Positions 27,201-40,814 of a stretch of 64,000 nucleotides of DNA are shown here, in pieces; position 1 is the first letter of the stretch; every line of letters starts with the position of its first letter. The notes beneath the pieces are model-generated. The model was not told the DNA's origin and did not search any database. It saw nothing but the letters and a program-made list of their open reading frames with translations. The stretch lies in assembly GCA_012295275.1 (NCBI GenBank), contig CM022670.1:31620001-31684000 (forward strand), read 5' to 3'. This DNA is from Chrysomallon squamiferum (Eukaryota; Animalia; Mollusca). The position numbers and the translations under genes were made by a program.

Positions 27201-30200
27201 ATAAAAATAAAAATATATTAAAAAAAAAATAAAAGTAATGATAATTCATGCAAGATACATACTTTCCATGTCTGCACGTGAAAGAAGAAAGAAAACAATG
27301 AAATTTAAAAATCAGTTAAAAAATAATAATAAGAAAAAATAAAAAAAAAAATTCAGTCCAAGTATGCTAATACTGTTTAAGAAAAACATCTTCACGTGTA
27401 ACAAATGAGAAATAATTTACATATTCTGTTGATATATTTTTTTAAAATTATTATGTTTCTAATTTCCCAGCCAAAAGAAGATACAAGAATAAGAACATTT
27501 TTTATGGGAATAACAATGTGCATTAAAAAAATATAAATATGCTGCAGGAAGATAATTCTTGACTTATACTTTTCTGACATGAGATTTTGCCTTCTAAGGT
27601 GATGATAATTATTATTTTTCCCTGGCTCTTTCAGTGACTGTGATTATTATAAAATGAATGCAGTAATAAGATTTACCTGTCTATTATCTGCCAGGCATAA
27701 GACAAGTCAGCCACAATCTGAATGGTTATGAGAACCTCTTCTTTGATGTTGATAGTTCTAATCATCTGATGAAGATAGCGCCGAGTGTCTGATAGAAACT
27801 GTTTAACCTGCAAATTGCTTTCTAGCTGATGAAATTCCTGAACCTAAACCAAGAAAAAAATAAATAAATAAAAAATAAATATATAAATAATAACAATAAT
27901 AATAATAATAACATTAATAATAATATTAAACAATCACATAAATTTAAAAAATCAAAACTTAAAAACATTTATAAAAAAAATAATAATAAAAATTTAAAAA
28001 GAAATATAAAAAATGTGGAATAACTTCTTCTCCCTAAACTCTTTATATATAAAAATGTTGGACATAAAATCTAATTTTTCAGATACAGAATGAATACCTG
28101 CAAATTTCAAATATGATTTAACTTTAATCTTAAAACTTATTATAGATATTAAGCAGAATAATTTCACTAAGTGAATTACCTCTTCCATAGCCTGAATGAG
28201 CTGCACTATTTTCCTACCAGCAGATGTTGAATCATCATAACTTAGAGATGTAATCTGCTTGGACATTTCTGTAAACCAGGCCTGAAGATTTTCTGAGAAA
28301 AGATGTTAATCCACATCAAAATGAGAAAAAGAAGCAGTAAAAAATCATCCCAAAACAACTTAAATAACAAACTGGTAAGCCATAAAAAAAAAAAAAAAGG
28401 GAAATTAAAAAAAATTACCCATACTACAGAAATTAAGAAATATTTTTCGAAAATGACAGTAAAATGTCTTTTAAATAAAAATAAATAAAATATTTGCCAT
28501 ATCGTAAAAAGATTTTACAAAAAAAAAAAAAAAAAATTACAAAAATTAAAATGGAAATGAAAAGAGAGAGAGAGAAAAAAAAAAAGAAACTGTATTAGTT
28601 TAAGAATACCATTTTTCTGCACTCTAGTTAGTGGTTTAGTTCCAGAAAAAACATCAGCCAGTTCCTGCATTCTCTCTTGTCCTTCCTTTTTGTATGCTTC
28701 CCACTTAGTCTGTTTCTCTGCCAGCATTTGTTTGAATAACTAGAAACAGAAATAGATGCACTTTAGACAATATGAAACATCATATTACACAAATTTATCA
28801 ACTAAAATGGTGTAAAAACCAGCATCAGGATTCATGATTAGACATTTTACCCTGTTAACTTGCGCAAATGCTCTAAATACTGCAATAGTTTCTTGTATGA
28901 ATGTTTTAATAAATGGAACATGTTTTCTGTACTTGTTGCACAGTATCCTAAACAAAAAAAATTATCTTATGTTTGTATGTGACAGAGCTTAAAATTGTCT
29001 ATAGTGTGTCTGAAGGTGAGTGCATTTATTTTCTTTCAGAACCTTGCCAAACCATTTACAGATGTTACGTATTATGAATCACCTGCAACATTTTAATTAT
29101 GATTAACATAGGTAAATGAGTCATTAAAACATAACATGAAATAACAACCATATATAATAACACTGAACTGAAATACCACAAACTGTAAAGCTGAACTGAA
29201 CTTTATTTACACTCTGCTTGTAATGCAACGTACCTCTTTAAGCATAAATTCAAACTGACTTGTGCTTAGCAGAAGCTGAAAAACACTGAGAGGTTTGTAT
29301 TGAGAATCACTCAACACCTGGTCAAGTATCTGTTTACACCTCTTATTACCTACTGCACCTATAAACAAAAAACAAATATCATCATAATTCTTCATTCAGG
29401 AACACTGAATTTTGAAAAGTGGATTCTCATTAAAAACCCCAAATCATGTGAGAATAATTTGTAGAGTCTCATTATTTATGAAATACTTAAATGTAGAGTA
29501 GTAACATTTTTTATTTAACCAGACGATAAGATATAGAAAATAACCAAATAAATAAATGAATGAAGACACAACAAACCTTAAAATGCATCACCGATTTTAT
29601 GGAGATAACATTCAGCTACTGTAATTATTAAATAAAAAATCTTATTTCACAAGTGTTTATCTTATCTAACACTACTATTTCACTTATGTTTTTAACATGT
29701 ATTAACTGAAGATATACTATAATCATATGCTACTGAATAAGTGAAGAATGTGTAATGTATAGATAACAAACATACTAGGAGGTAAGTTGGATGTATGTAA
29801 CATCAACCAACGCAGTGTGACATTGCATTCTCTCAGACAGTTCATCAGCTTTGGGATGTTGTCTAGAATAAACTCCTCTTTCAGGACACCTTCCTTCAGA
29901 TACTTTTCAAGGATTGGATGTAGACGCTCTAATTTTTTGGCATACTTCATGGACTGAAAAAAATATAAAAACAGATTTAAAAAATTCAATACTTGGGAAG
30001 ACTGTTAATTTACAAGTTAATGTAAAATATATTTTTATATGGAACCAGTAAATAAATAAATAAATAATTATCTAAATGAAACCAATAATTAATGAATACT
30101 AGGAAGTATGATATCATACACAGAATACAAAAATAAATAATTACTACCAAATCCTTTCTGTCTTACAAATTCCAAAAATATAATTTTAAAACCTTCATTA

Positions 30201-30549
30201 CTGCTATTTGAAAAAAAAGATAAGGAGAAATGTTTAAGTTAAGCATTACCTGTTCCCTGACATTACTAGGATCCAGAGTGTTGTTTAGTGCTGTTATAGC
30301 TGCACGATAAGGACCCCAGGCATCTAAGAGGTTCACTGTTATTCCCATATAAACTCCAATGACCTGTAATATTAAATATTAAAATCTGCTTCATGAATTT
30401 TAATTTACTCTAGCAGCATATGTTTGTTAATAAAATTTAATTTTCAAATAAGTGCTATATAAAATATCATGACAAAATATAAAATTCATAATTAAATTTT
30501 TTTAAATGAAATTAAAACACAAAATTATTTAACTATTAAAAATATGATG

Positions 30550-30594
<45 letters not shown>

Positions 30595-32624
30595 TTAGAA
30601 TAAATAGAATTTTAAAATTTTAAAAATAAAAACTATACCCAATTGTCAGGAAAATGTTTGTCAACAATTTCTCTCATCTTTGCCTGCTGGTTGTGCAAGA
30701 TGTCTGGTTCGAAGTAGAGAATAATGTACAACATGCTGGCCTGGGTGGCCAGGGCAGTAGAGCGGTGCTCTGGAAGAGGGTAGGCAGAGATCTGATTGTA
30801 CACATCATCTGACCGCAAACGACCAATCACCATGTTAATATATTCAGAATTAATGGGTACCCGACTGAAAAAAAGAAAAAGAATATAAATAAATAAACTC
30901 AGCCTTTTAAGCCTATGCTACATGAATATTGCTATTTATTGTTGTTTCTTCTCAAACACATTAATAATAAAAAATATGAAACTTGTTAAACTTCTAATTC
31001 AGAATAAAAACATTTTGTTTATTCCTGAGTTGTGTATCATCTTTCCAGATAAAAAGTTTATTGTAAAACATAAATTGAAATAAAATTAATAAATTAGATA
31101 ATTTCAAAAAAAAAATATAAAAAAAATAAAATGTTTTACTTGAAATATGATTCAGGATAACCAGGTGGTCTCTTAGCTCCAGGCTGATTTGAGAATCCAG
31201 TACTTCTTAATAGTTTACAAACATCATCAATATTGGAATCACCAGCAGAGGATTTCTGTGCACTGGAAAATAAAAACGCAAAACATTTGTAAGTATCTAT
31301 CAGCATATATTTACAAATGCTGCATACATATTATGCACACACACAAAGGTTGTCCTTCATTAAAAGATATAGTTATACTCACATTGCATACATTAAAAAC
31401 TGACATGAAAATATACTAAAATATAATTGGATTTATCTATTATTCCTAATAATTATTTTTAACCTTTCTTTCAAACACAGGGTTATGTATAATGATGAAA
31501 TTTATTTGTACAGAATAAAGCTCAACAAGAACAACATAATTTAAAACTGAGAAAAAAATTATATATTTACTTACCTGTATCTATAATAAGATACAAGAAT
31601 TCTCTCACGCACAGTTCCTTCTATTCTAATATCAATGACCAGCAACATGACACCATACAGGTACAAAACTTCACACTGTAAGAGTATGTACAATAATTTC
31701 AAAATATAACAGATATATGTTAATTACATATTTATATTTTCACAAAATTAAAAACAAGTGCTACACTTTAAAAGAAATTACAGTTATAAGGTTTGTTAGA
31801 CCATTACATTTTTATTAACTTAAGAAACAATTACCATTAGTTGTTTGCCATCTTCATTCAAAAGGACTGATTCCATGGTTTGCTGAATGTACACACCCTC
31901 TTCCAGATCTTCAAGAAATCTAAAAATAAATATTGTTAGATGATACTACAGTTATAACCCAGTGTTTGAATGGATTTAATGAAAATATATTAAAACAAGT
32001 GTCAGTCAAAATCCTTTGTTTTTGTTTTTTTGGGTGGGGGGGGCATTTTTTTATCATAAATATTTACTGTGGTAATTTTTTTCTTGTTCACTTTACCTGT
32101 TAAGATCAGTCACATATTTATGGACACTAGCAAAAGCCTGATAAAATCTTGTGAGTATTTCAATATGATTTTCTCTGAATTCTTCATCCAGGTCTTGAAG
32201 TTCCTGAAAATAATAAATACAAATTTATATATCCTCAATGAACATAAAGATGAAGAGGTTAAAAATCACACTTGAAAGATTTGTCAAATCTGTTACATTA
32301 CATTCTTAAACAATGTAAGTATAAAATTATATTAATTGAATATCTAATTAAAAATTGCGTTTACAAATAAATACTTGTAAAACACCATTAAATACTTACA
32401 GCTTTTGAGTCGATTTTATTATCAAAGTATTCCGAACTTCGAAAATAGCTGAAATCACACAATATTTCACCGTATTTCACTTGATCAAATCTGTTATCTA
32501 GTCTGAATACTGAAGGAATAAAATCTGCCAAACGCAGCAATTCTGCAATAATGGCATTTCCCCTGGATACAAGTCTAAGTAAATTTTGACCACACTGGTT
32601 ATTTTCTGCAAGAAAATCTGCCAT
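18277..32624 (-). CDS. WASHC5: WASH complex subunit 5 (strumpellin), about 1164 aa
   Basis: 28 coding exons in phase (3495 nt): 32624-32400, 32203-32097, 31919-31835, 31675-31575, 31262-31140, 30864-30639, 30363-30250, 29953-29776, 29358-29234, 28739-28610, 28292-28180, 27843-27677, 26056-25981, 25419-25300, 24772-24641, 24322-24242, 23972-23871, 23387-23208, 22765-22641, 22333-22243, 21924-21750, 21172-21093, 20712-20609, 20354-20225, 19776-19680, 19309-19153, 18795-18708, 18339-18277. Hallmarks: [94 protein letters not shown]. Confidence 0.98.
20726..20898. repeat. Minisatellite, 4 copies of a 43-44 bp unit, in a WASHC5 intron
   Basis: Unit ttaatcttaaagaattcatatacactattacttttttctacag with few substitutions. 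Confidence 0.9.
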
Positions 32625-32879
32625 GCCGATGATTAAATCTGATGTTAATTAAAATAATAATAATATTATTCTTAATACAAAAGCAAACCTGAATTTATCA
32701 TAATTATTTCAATATTTGGATAGAACCTAGCCTCATTTTCATGATTGTTTTAATGAAATATTAGTTTGATTTCTGTGATATCCATGAACTTGCATAAAGA
32801 AACGATACACAGAAAGGTGCACTTGTAATACTTAGCAATAAACTGTTATATTATAGTGTTTGTATTAAGAATAAAGTTG

Positions 32880-32965
32880 TTGGCGAATCACGAGACCGCC
32901 TACTTCCGCGTTAGTTTTTTCGAGTTACTTCCCATGATCTTCAAAATGAAATTATTACGTAACTC
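32880..32965 (-). promoter_or_regulatory. Probable WASHC5 core promoter
   Basis: Local CpG-rich patch about 280 bp upstream of the ATG, with ETS-like ACTTCCGC (32902), a ZNF143/Staf-like TACTTCCCATGATC and a TTACGTAA palindrome. Confidence 0.45.
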
Positions 32966-33454
32966 CTAAGAGCTTTCCAAATTTCATCTTTTAACCTATC
33001 ATTAATATAATTTTAACTAATATCTTTTTATTATTATTATTTTAAAATGTTTTATAGATTTAATGTGTTTATTATTAATGTAGTATAAACAATATTACTT
33101 TTTCACAAAAATAAATAAGAAAATAAACAATAAATCAAAATCATTGTACTGAATCATGCTTTTGTCAACAAATAAAAATTAAATATATAAAATAAATAAT
33201 AAATAAAATAGCAGAAATTCAGTCTTCGTAGATATATCGACATTAAATATTCAAAATGGTAGAAGTTAACTATCCCCCCCCCAAAAAAAAAAAAAAACAG
33301 ACAACAAAATAACAGTTATTAAAAATAGTTTTATTAGGAATCAAAATTTACTATCTTTTCATTAAAAAGTCTTGTGCTTCTCTGAAACATGAAAGTTACA
33401 TATAAATAACAAATGCTGATAATTAATCCCAATTTTAATCATAAAAGTAAACTT

Positions 33455-36400
33455 TCAAGTGATTATTCCGCGACTGTCTGAAAATAAATCACAGGCTGTA
33501 TGTGACCAAAGAAACCATCTTGATTCAAATGATTCTTCTTCAGTTGCAATCACCTTAAAAAAAATTAAAAAATTAAAAAAAGATAATAATTATGTTTAAT
33601 TTCATATAAACATTACAAAAAAGAAAATAAATAAAATAAAACAAAAACAGTAATAAAATAAAATGAAAGAAAACTAAGTTTGAAATAGTATATCTGAATT
33701 CATAAAAATTATGTCCCATGATATATCCATATGAAACATTAGAAAGCACACCTAATATTTTTATGTTAAAAGTAATGTTCTTTAATAACTACCCCCTCAA
33801 AAAATACAAATTGCCAAAATCTGAGATCAAATCATTTTTCAGTTTTCTTTGTTATTGAAAGATAATTATTTTGAAAAATATCAAAAATAATTTCACAAAA
33901 TGATTATTATTGTCTTTAGTAAATTAAAAATATCAGTTTTTGAAATGATAAATAATTTATTTTGTTAATAAAAATATTTTTTAAGAGACAAAATTCATGA
34001 CTTCAATGAGCTTACAGATTTCAGAGGTTCTTGTTTTTCATCATTCAAGTCATTTTCAAAATCAGATCCAACATCACGAGACAAAAACTGAAAAGAGATA
34101 TTTTACACTTTCCTTATGCAAAATGTAAAAACAGCCAACAGACATCTTGTTTATAGTAACACATATTAAATGAGCAAATATTTAATAAAATAATGCATTC
34201 ACAAATCAGATACATCTTACTAAAAATAAAAAGATTATTTATGACCTTGTACACCATTACTATATTATATACTCTCCCAAAAACGAAACGCAAAATGGTT
34301 GATTTGTTAGATAACTATTGTAAACAGATTCGTATCAATGTACAAACTATGAAATATGAATTTGGTGATTCAAATGTATAGCTTTTGTCACAGTTGCCAA
34401 AAAGCAGGTAACACAAAATAAAGGCTATGATCGTGTTTATTAGCCAAAACGTCCCTGCTTGCAAACCATGTTACCAGTGCATATGCACGTGCGGCACATG
34501 AAACTTGAATATGAGGGTTATAAAAATGCAAGGTTTTCGAAAACTTCTGTTCATTATTTTTGTTCTGACCCAACATCAAACAAATGCCATGACTGAATGA
34601 CTGCAACGAAACAACACCATTGGCCGTTTACAATCTGGCGAATCCTTCTTGGCCGTAGCCCGGGTGTTCCATGTATCCCCAAGCACCATCTTGAGATTGT
34701 GATGTAACTGTAACATCAAACAACACGTGACCGTCCCAGATCAGGTAGACCACGTGTAAACCACCAGGGCCCAGGACCGCTACATATGGGTACTTCATCT
34801 ACAGGAAAGAACCAACACGGCAACCTCTACTGCTTCAGCAATACCAGGTCTGCATAGAATATTGGCTCAGACAGTGCGCAACCATTTATAAGAGGCAGGT
34901 ATTCAAACCAGACAGCCTGTAAGAAGAGTGGTTTTGACTCAACAAAATTGTCAACTACGATGTCAGTGGTTTCTAGTGCACAGAGTCTAGCCTCAATTAC
35001 AATGGAGAACTGTCTGGTTTAGTGACGAGGCTTGATGTCTGCTTTGTCGAGCTGATGGAAGATGTCGAGTTCACAGACGTCATGGTGAACGTTTTGCAGT
35101 AAACTGCATACAGGAAGCTGACAGATGGTGTGGGCAGCAATCTCATACACTGGCAGGACCAACCTGGTTCACATCCAAGGCAACTTAACGGCACAGAGAT
35201 ACCGAGATGAAATTTTGCAGCCTCATGTCGCTCCAGTTATGAATAATGGTAACGCTGTATTCCAGCACAACAATGCAAGACCACATACAACCAGACTCAC
35301 AACAGCATACCTACACAATAATAACATTCAGGTCCTGCCCTGGCCCTCTAAATCTCCGGATTTGAAACCTATAGAGCATTTATGGGACAAGTTGGATAGA
35401 TGACTGAGGCAGCATAAACCACAGCCACAGAATCGTGCTCAGCTGGCATTATTACTACAGACAGAGTGGACCACCATTTCACAAGGTGTAATTCGCAATG
35501 TCATTACTGCCATGGGAAGGAGATGTCAGGCAGTTCTGGACTCCCATGGTGGGCACACAAGGAATTGATATTATACTGTTATAACCTTGAACTTTAACCT
35601 TTTCAATGTAATACCATCAATATTAATGAATTGCGAAAGTGTGTGTAAAATCTGAACATTCTGCTGCTTTCTGTTGATCCATTAGATGGATATTCCCAAT
35701 GTCAATAAAATGTACTTTTGCATTTCTTTTTTATTAGAGTATATTTAGTTACTGTAAGCATTAATTTTAACATCTGTGCTAAAATTCCCCTTTATAATGA
35801 TTTATTATAAATCTGGAATGCTATGGTTTAAAAATTGTATATATCTCCACGATATCAGATCATCAACATTTACAAAAGCAAAATTAACCTGATTTTAACT
35901 TGAAGTAAATGTAGGCAAAAATTAAAAACACACCTCTGTTGCTTTTTCTATTTTTAATTCAGTGACAGCTAATTTGGAAATCTTCTGATTAATCTGCAAA
36001 TACATAAATTAAAAAATTAAATGTTGTGGTTATCAATAAGGATTGCATTGCAATAAATATATATGTATTTGTTCTGAATTAACAAGCAGAATTTTAAAAT
36101 ATTACTCAACTGTATATTAAATTAAATTTTATCCATACATAATTTCATTTGAAAACTAAGGCCAGAAAAATGTTTATTACTAATTGATATTACTGTCATC
36201 AGAATTTGTTGTTTCATCATACAGGAGACATCATCCAGTACATCAAGAAAACATTTTAAAACCCATAGATTTCATTATTCAGAACTTACATCAGCAAGAA
36301 GGTTATCATCTCTAACTTGTACAAATGGTCCAACATAATGATGTACACTTCTGAGAAGAAGCCTAAAATAAAAATTATTTTAAAACATACAAATCAAAAC

Positions 36401-39084
36401 AATAAACTGTGAAAGGTATAAAAAACAGAAAATATTTTTTAACTATCATTTTCACAGACCAGATCAATAAATAAAACCAATCATAATTAAATGTATATCA
36501 TGACCAATACAAGTAACCAGATTTGTTTAAAATACAATGAAAAAATTGTTTTTTTTTCACTGAATGAATAACAAAATGTTTTGAATTTATTAATACTGCA
36601 CTTAAAATTTATATTAATATTTATATTTAAGCATTAAAAAAAAAGTAATATAAGAATCCTGCAATGCTTTATAAATATACCTTGCTCGAATGTAGCAAGT
36701 AATCAGTTTGACAGTTAGTTCGTCTGTTGTTCTTGTGTCTTGGCTATTACAGTATGCTTCAGCCAGCTGAATCCAGTACTGTATATACAGTGGTTCCATG
36801 GTGATTAATTTGTGAAGAACAGAAATTGTTCCTGCAGAAAAAAACAAAAAACACACACATTAAAAAATAATAATGATAATAAACAAATCAATACAAAAAT
36901 AAAATAAAAATTTAATATATTATATTATCATAATTATTTTTCATAACAAAACAAACAAAATCCAACTATAAATTGATTACATTCTCACAATTACCTTTAA
37001 AAAAACAATAACAACAAAAACAACAACAAAAAAAACCCTCCAAAAAACAGCTATATTATGATAATATATTATCTGCATAGAAATAATACAAATATGTTAC
37101 AGATATATTTATCTTTATAATTGATTTTCTGTAAAATATCTACTTTGTACAAAATAATTAATTTTCTAAATTTCTGATTTTTATAAAATTCAATTTCATA
37201 ATGTAATTAAATTTGGATCTTTGAATTGTTTCCAACACTGTTAACAAAGGAAAATGAAACTGAGTAATAAACTACTCAAGAAATTAAATACTCAGATGCT
37301 CAGTAAAAATCAAAACAAATATAAATATACCTGACCAGTCATGCATGAAAACATGAAACTGATATTGCAAACTTAAGCACTGTCTTTGTTGATCGAAATT
37401 CTGGGCACTTCTTATCTGGAAAATATTAAAAATACTTAATATTATTTTAAATCATAATAGGTTTTTGCTTCAAAACCAAACATGTCATTAGAAAACAATT
37501 TCTAATAAAAACATAGTGTGTCAAAAGAATAAATGAAATAAGAAAACAGACTTTTTCTATGATTTAATAATTGATATAGATAAACAGAGACAAACCAGAG
37601 AATTGAGAATCTGAATAGCTTCTTCTGTCTTTCCTTTGTATAGGTAACATCTTGCTAAAGACTGAGAAATGTCCAGTTTTGTTGCTGAGGCATTTGGCTG
37701 CAATAATTCTGAAATCAGTAAATAATCAAATATATTAAAAAAAAATACTTTAAAATATTTTATGTCTTCTATTAGTAATATAGTACCTATAAAGTAACTG
37801 TATGAAATCATAGTGTTATACAAGTGCTAAATCTGAATGCTGTTTTATCAGTAAAACATTCACCAATTTATTACAATATATTGTAGTGATGTGTTAAATG
37901 ATTATGTTTTGATAAACAACAAAACATTTGAGAACTTTCAGATATTAAATTTATAACAATAATGGTTCAAAAGACAGACATAAATATATTTTCTATTCAT
38001 TATAATATGTAATGGGCAACAAATTAAGTAATAAGTAAACACAGGAATACTTCCTCATGCAATCTCATGTAACTTACAGTATAAGTATTATTATTTCTCA
38101 GATATTTCTCTGAAGAAAAAAATGATAATAATAAAACACTAATAATAATTAAAATTAAAGAGTTAAGAATATATTATTATTAAATTAACCTAATGCTTCT
38201 TCATATTTCATGGCTGCAACATCATATTCTTTCTTGTGGTAGTGATAATCCCCACTGAACTTTAAGGAGAGTAATTCATCCAGTGTATCTGCTGTTGTTT
38301 TGGAATTGAGCTGAATTCTTTGATTGTCATCAAACCACTGAAAAATTAATCATGTTAAAGCAGCACCATTTACTAATTATTAAAGACATTGTTCAGAGAT
38401 TAATTATCTTCTGTTTTCTTATTGTTAAAAGCATAATAATGCACCTTCACAAAATACCAAGATGTTTAGAATGTATTTATTTTATTCACTTCTATGGAAT
38501 TTATAATGTGCTCAACATAATCATAATCTCCACTTTCGCCAGTTTTATTTCTAGAAGATGCTTTTAAAATTATAACATTCAAATTATATTATTCAAATTA
38601 CATAATATATTTGTTTTTTTCAAATTGAAACCAGCAATTAAAAACTAAAGAAGTAACTTTGAACAATATATATATATGTAAATAATAAATACAATGTAAT
38701 TTATCAAAGTGAATACAGTTTTGTCACAAAATAGTTATATTTTGGTCAATGCTTGAAAATAAAGGAATTTATCTAGTCTATAATTTATATTTCAAAAAAG
38801 CTAATGACTTATTAGATACTGCAATTACATGTATCATAATGTACCATACTATACGTTAAATTTAATTTGTTTTAAAAGATTACAGACTTTTATTTGCCAT
38901 TTCGTGGATAAAACAAAAAATACAGTTTTGGATTGATTAGATAAGTCAAAATTGATTTGTTCAGTAAACCACATACAAGAGGTGTGCAGACTTTAACATG
39001 ATACGATTCAAGAGTCTGCTGAGGTTTTGAACTGATGACCTCACTTTTCAAATCATCGTCGTCAAACTCGAGTCCAAGCTCCAT
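33455..39084 (-). CDS. C8orf76: C8orf76-like TPR protein, 302 aa
   Basis: 9 coding exons in phase (909 nt): 39084-38977, 38337-38190, 37708-37596, 37415-37331, 36831-36681, 36362-36290, 35993-35934, 34087-34016, 33553-33455. Matches recalled C8orf76 motifs: LEFDD...SYHVKVCTPLWF, LKFSGDYHYHKKEY, ARCYLYKG, LHKLITMEP...WIQLAEAY, FESRWF. A 5'-UTR intron is likely (acceptor about 39123, donor about 39420). Confidence 0.85.
34270..35741 (+). mobile_element. Full-length but inactive Tc1-family (DD34E) transposon in C8orf76 intron 7
   Basis: Imperfect TIRs TA|tactctcccaaaaacgaaacgcaaaa and ttttgcatttcttttttattagagta|TA. The transposase (ATG 34584 to about 35568) carries stops and frameshifts. Motifs: WFSDE, VWAAIS, FQHNNARPH (catalytic D changed to N), PWPSKSPDLKPIEHLW. 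Confidence 0.93.
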
Positions 39085-39710
39085 TAAAAAAAAAAAAACT
39101 TCTGTATAACTTTTAAAGTCCCCTGAAAATGAAATAAATATAGGCTAAATTTAATTAATTTATTATCTTTTTCCTTCATAAATTTAAAAAGCAAACCGAA
39201 ATTACTAATCAGAGCTGTTTATAAATTATTATTATTAATAGTATAATTTAAACGTAAAAATATTTTAAACTCTTTATATAAATAATTTATTGTTTTAAAA
39301 GAAATGCTGTATGGTAAAGAGAATAGCCTAAAAAAAATTAAAAAAAATTGATAATGGTATTTAAACTTCCAGTATAATATTTTACAAAAAAAAACACACA
39401 GTTCTTTCCCTTGTATTTACCGCCGATTGCTTATAAGTTAAATTCCTACTTTGTCTTTCGAGCATCGGTTTATCTGGTTTGAACGTGAAAGCAGGGCGAA
39501 AATAAAAACAACAAATAATAATAATAATAAAATCCCCTAAGAACTGCAGTGCGTATTTGAAGGTGTATCTGATGTGGTTTTAAAATGTATATTTCTTTGT
39601 AAAATAGCTTAAATTTAGTTGATTTGCTTCCAGTGTAATTTTTATTAGTAAACAGCAGTCACCTGGTTAGAATACTCAGGAAATGTCTGTAAATAGGCCT
39701 ATTACTAAAT

Positions 39711-40102
39711 AAAGTTGAACCTCGATTTCACGAACTAATAGGGAGGAGCACCGGTCCAGAAAATAAAAAAGTCTGGAAAATCGCGAAAGCAAACATTAAC
39801 CTATATAATACAGTAACGTAATAATATAAGAACTATATACTGAGATAAAAACATTGTAAACAAATGTCATACAGTATTATGAGTAGAGGAAAAACGAAAA
39901 TGTAGGCTAGTTTGGGTAACGTTTGTTAGGTTAGAATGGTTATAGGTGCAAATGTAAAATTTACTCTTAACATCATGGAGAATGGTTTGAGAGAGGGTTA
40001 CTGTGATCGTATAATGGGACTCAGAATAAATTAATAGTACCTAGAGGTAAGGTTTAAAGGGGGAAATGGCACTAAGTTCAAATTTAGGTCTGTGAAATCG
40101 TG
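39711..40102. mobile_element. Possible MITE remnant with partial inverted ends
   Basis: The left end aaagttgaacctcgatttcacgaactaa matches the reverse complement of ttaggtctgtgaaatcgtgg near 40085-40102. The right terminus is incomplete. Confidence 0.35.
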
Positions 40103-40289
40103 GGATAACAATATGGATTTAAAACTTTCTCCTCAATCAATCAGAAATTTGCCTTGTTTACCAGAGTTAAAAGCAGCTGGACCACATACATATTTTGTTT
40201 TCATATTTATTATTGTAAGTACTAAATAACGTAAAAGAGAAAGAGAAGTACTAAACGAATAAATTGGTTGAAATAATGATAGAAAAGTT

Positions 40290-40650
40290 TTATGCATGCG
40301 AATACTGCAGAGCCATTCTTCCTCTGACGTTTTCTGACGATAGAGCCGCCTCAACAGCGAGGACCAAGAAAAGGGCCACGGTAGATTCCATGATTATTCC
40401 AGAAGGGAACGACAGTACTGATCAGCGAACCCCTTCCATCAGCTTCGCATTGGGTGCCCGGCAAGATAGAACAGTGGAAAACGTGGGGGAAGTTTCGGAA
40501 GTTGGTGCCAGAAGCAGCATGGATACCACTGCAAGTATGGCAATTTTGACAACTAAGGCAGACACGTTGCTAAAGAATTCAATGTCAAGCCATCCATGGA
40601 GAACTAACATAATGCTGAAAAACAACTGGGAAAGTTTCGCATGTAAAAAC
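40290..40650 (+). mobile_element. Degenerate DIRS/Ngaro-like retrotransposon fragment (RNase H end and start of the recombinase ORF)
   Basis: GC-richer island. One frame gives SHWVPGKIEQWKTWGKFRKLVPEAAWIPLQV (compare HVPGxxN...FRxLAPxA). An overlapping frame gives ADTLLKNSMSSHPWRTN...NNWESF (compare LLxxSLxxSTWxxYxxAWxxF). Confidence 0.45.
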
Positions 40651-40721
40651 TTTTATTGAAGAAAAACAAAGAGAGAATGATTTTAAAATTAATTTTATTT
40701 TGTTTAATTTTACAAAATGAA

Positions 40722-40727
40722 CACACA

Positions 40728-40810
<83 letters not shown>
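40722..40810. repeat. (CA)n(GA)n compound microsatellite
   Basis: Read directly from the sequence. Similar (GA/CT)n tracts lie at 44211-44282, 54126-54207, 57253-57355 and 62740-62796. Confidence 0.95.
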
Positions 40811-40814
<4 letters not shown>

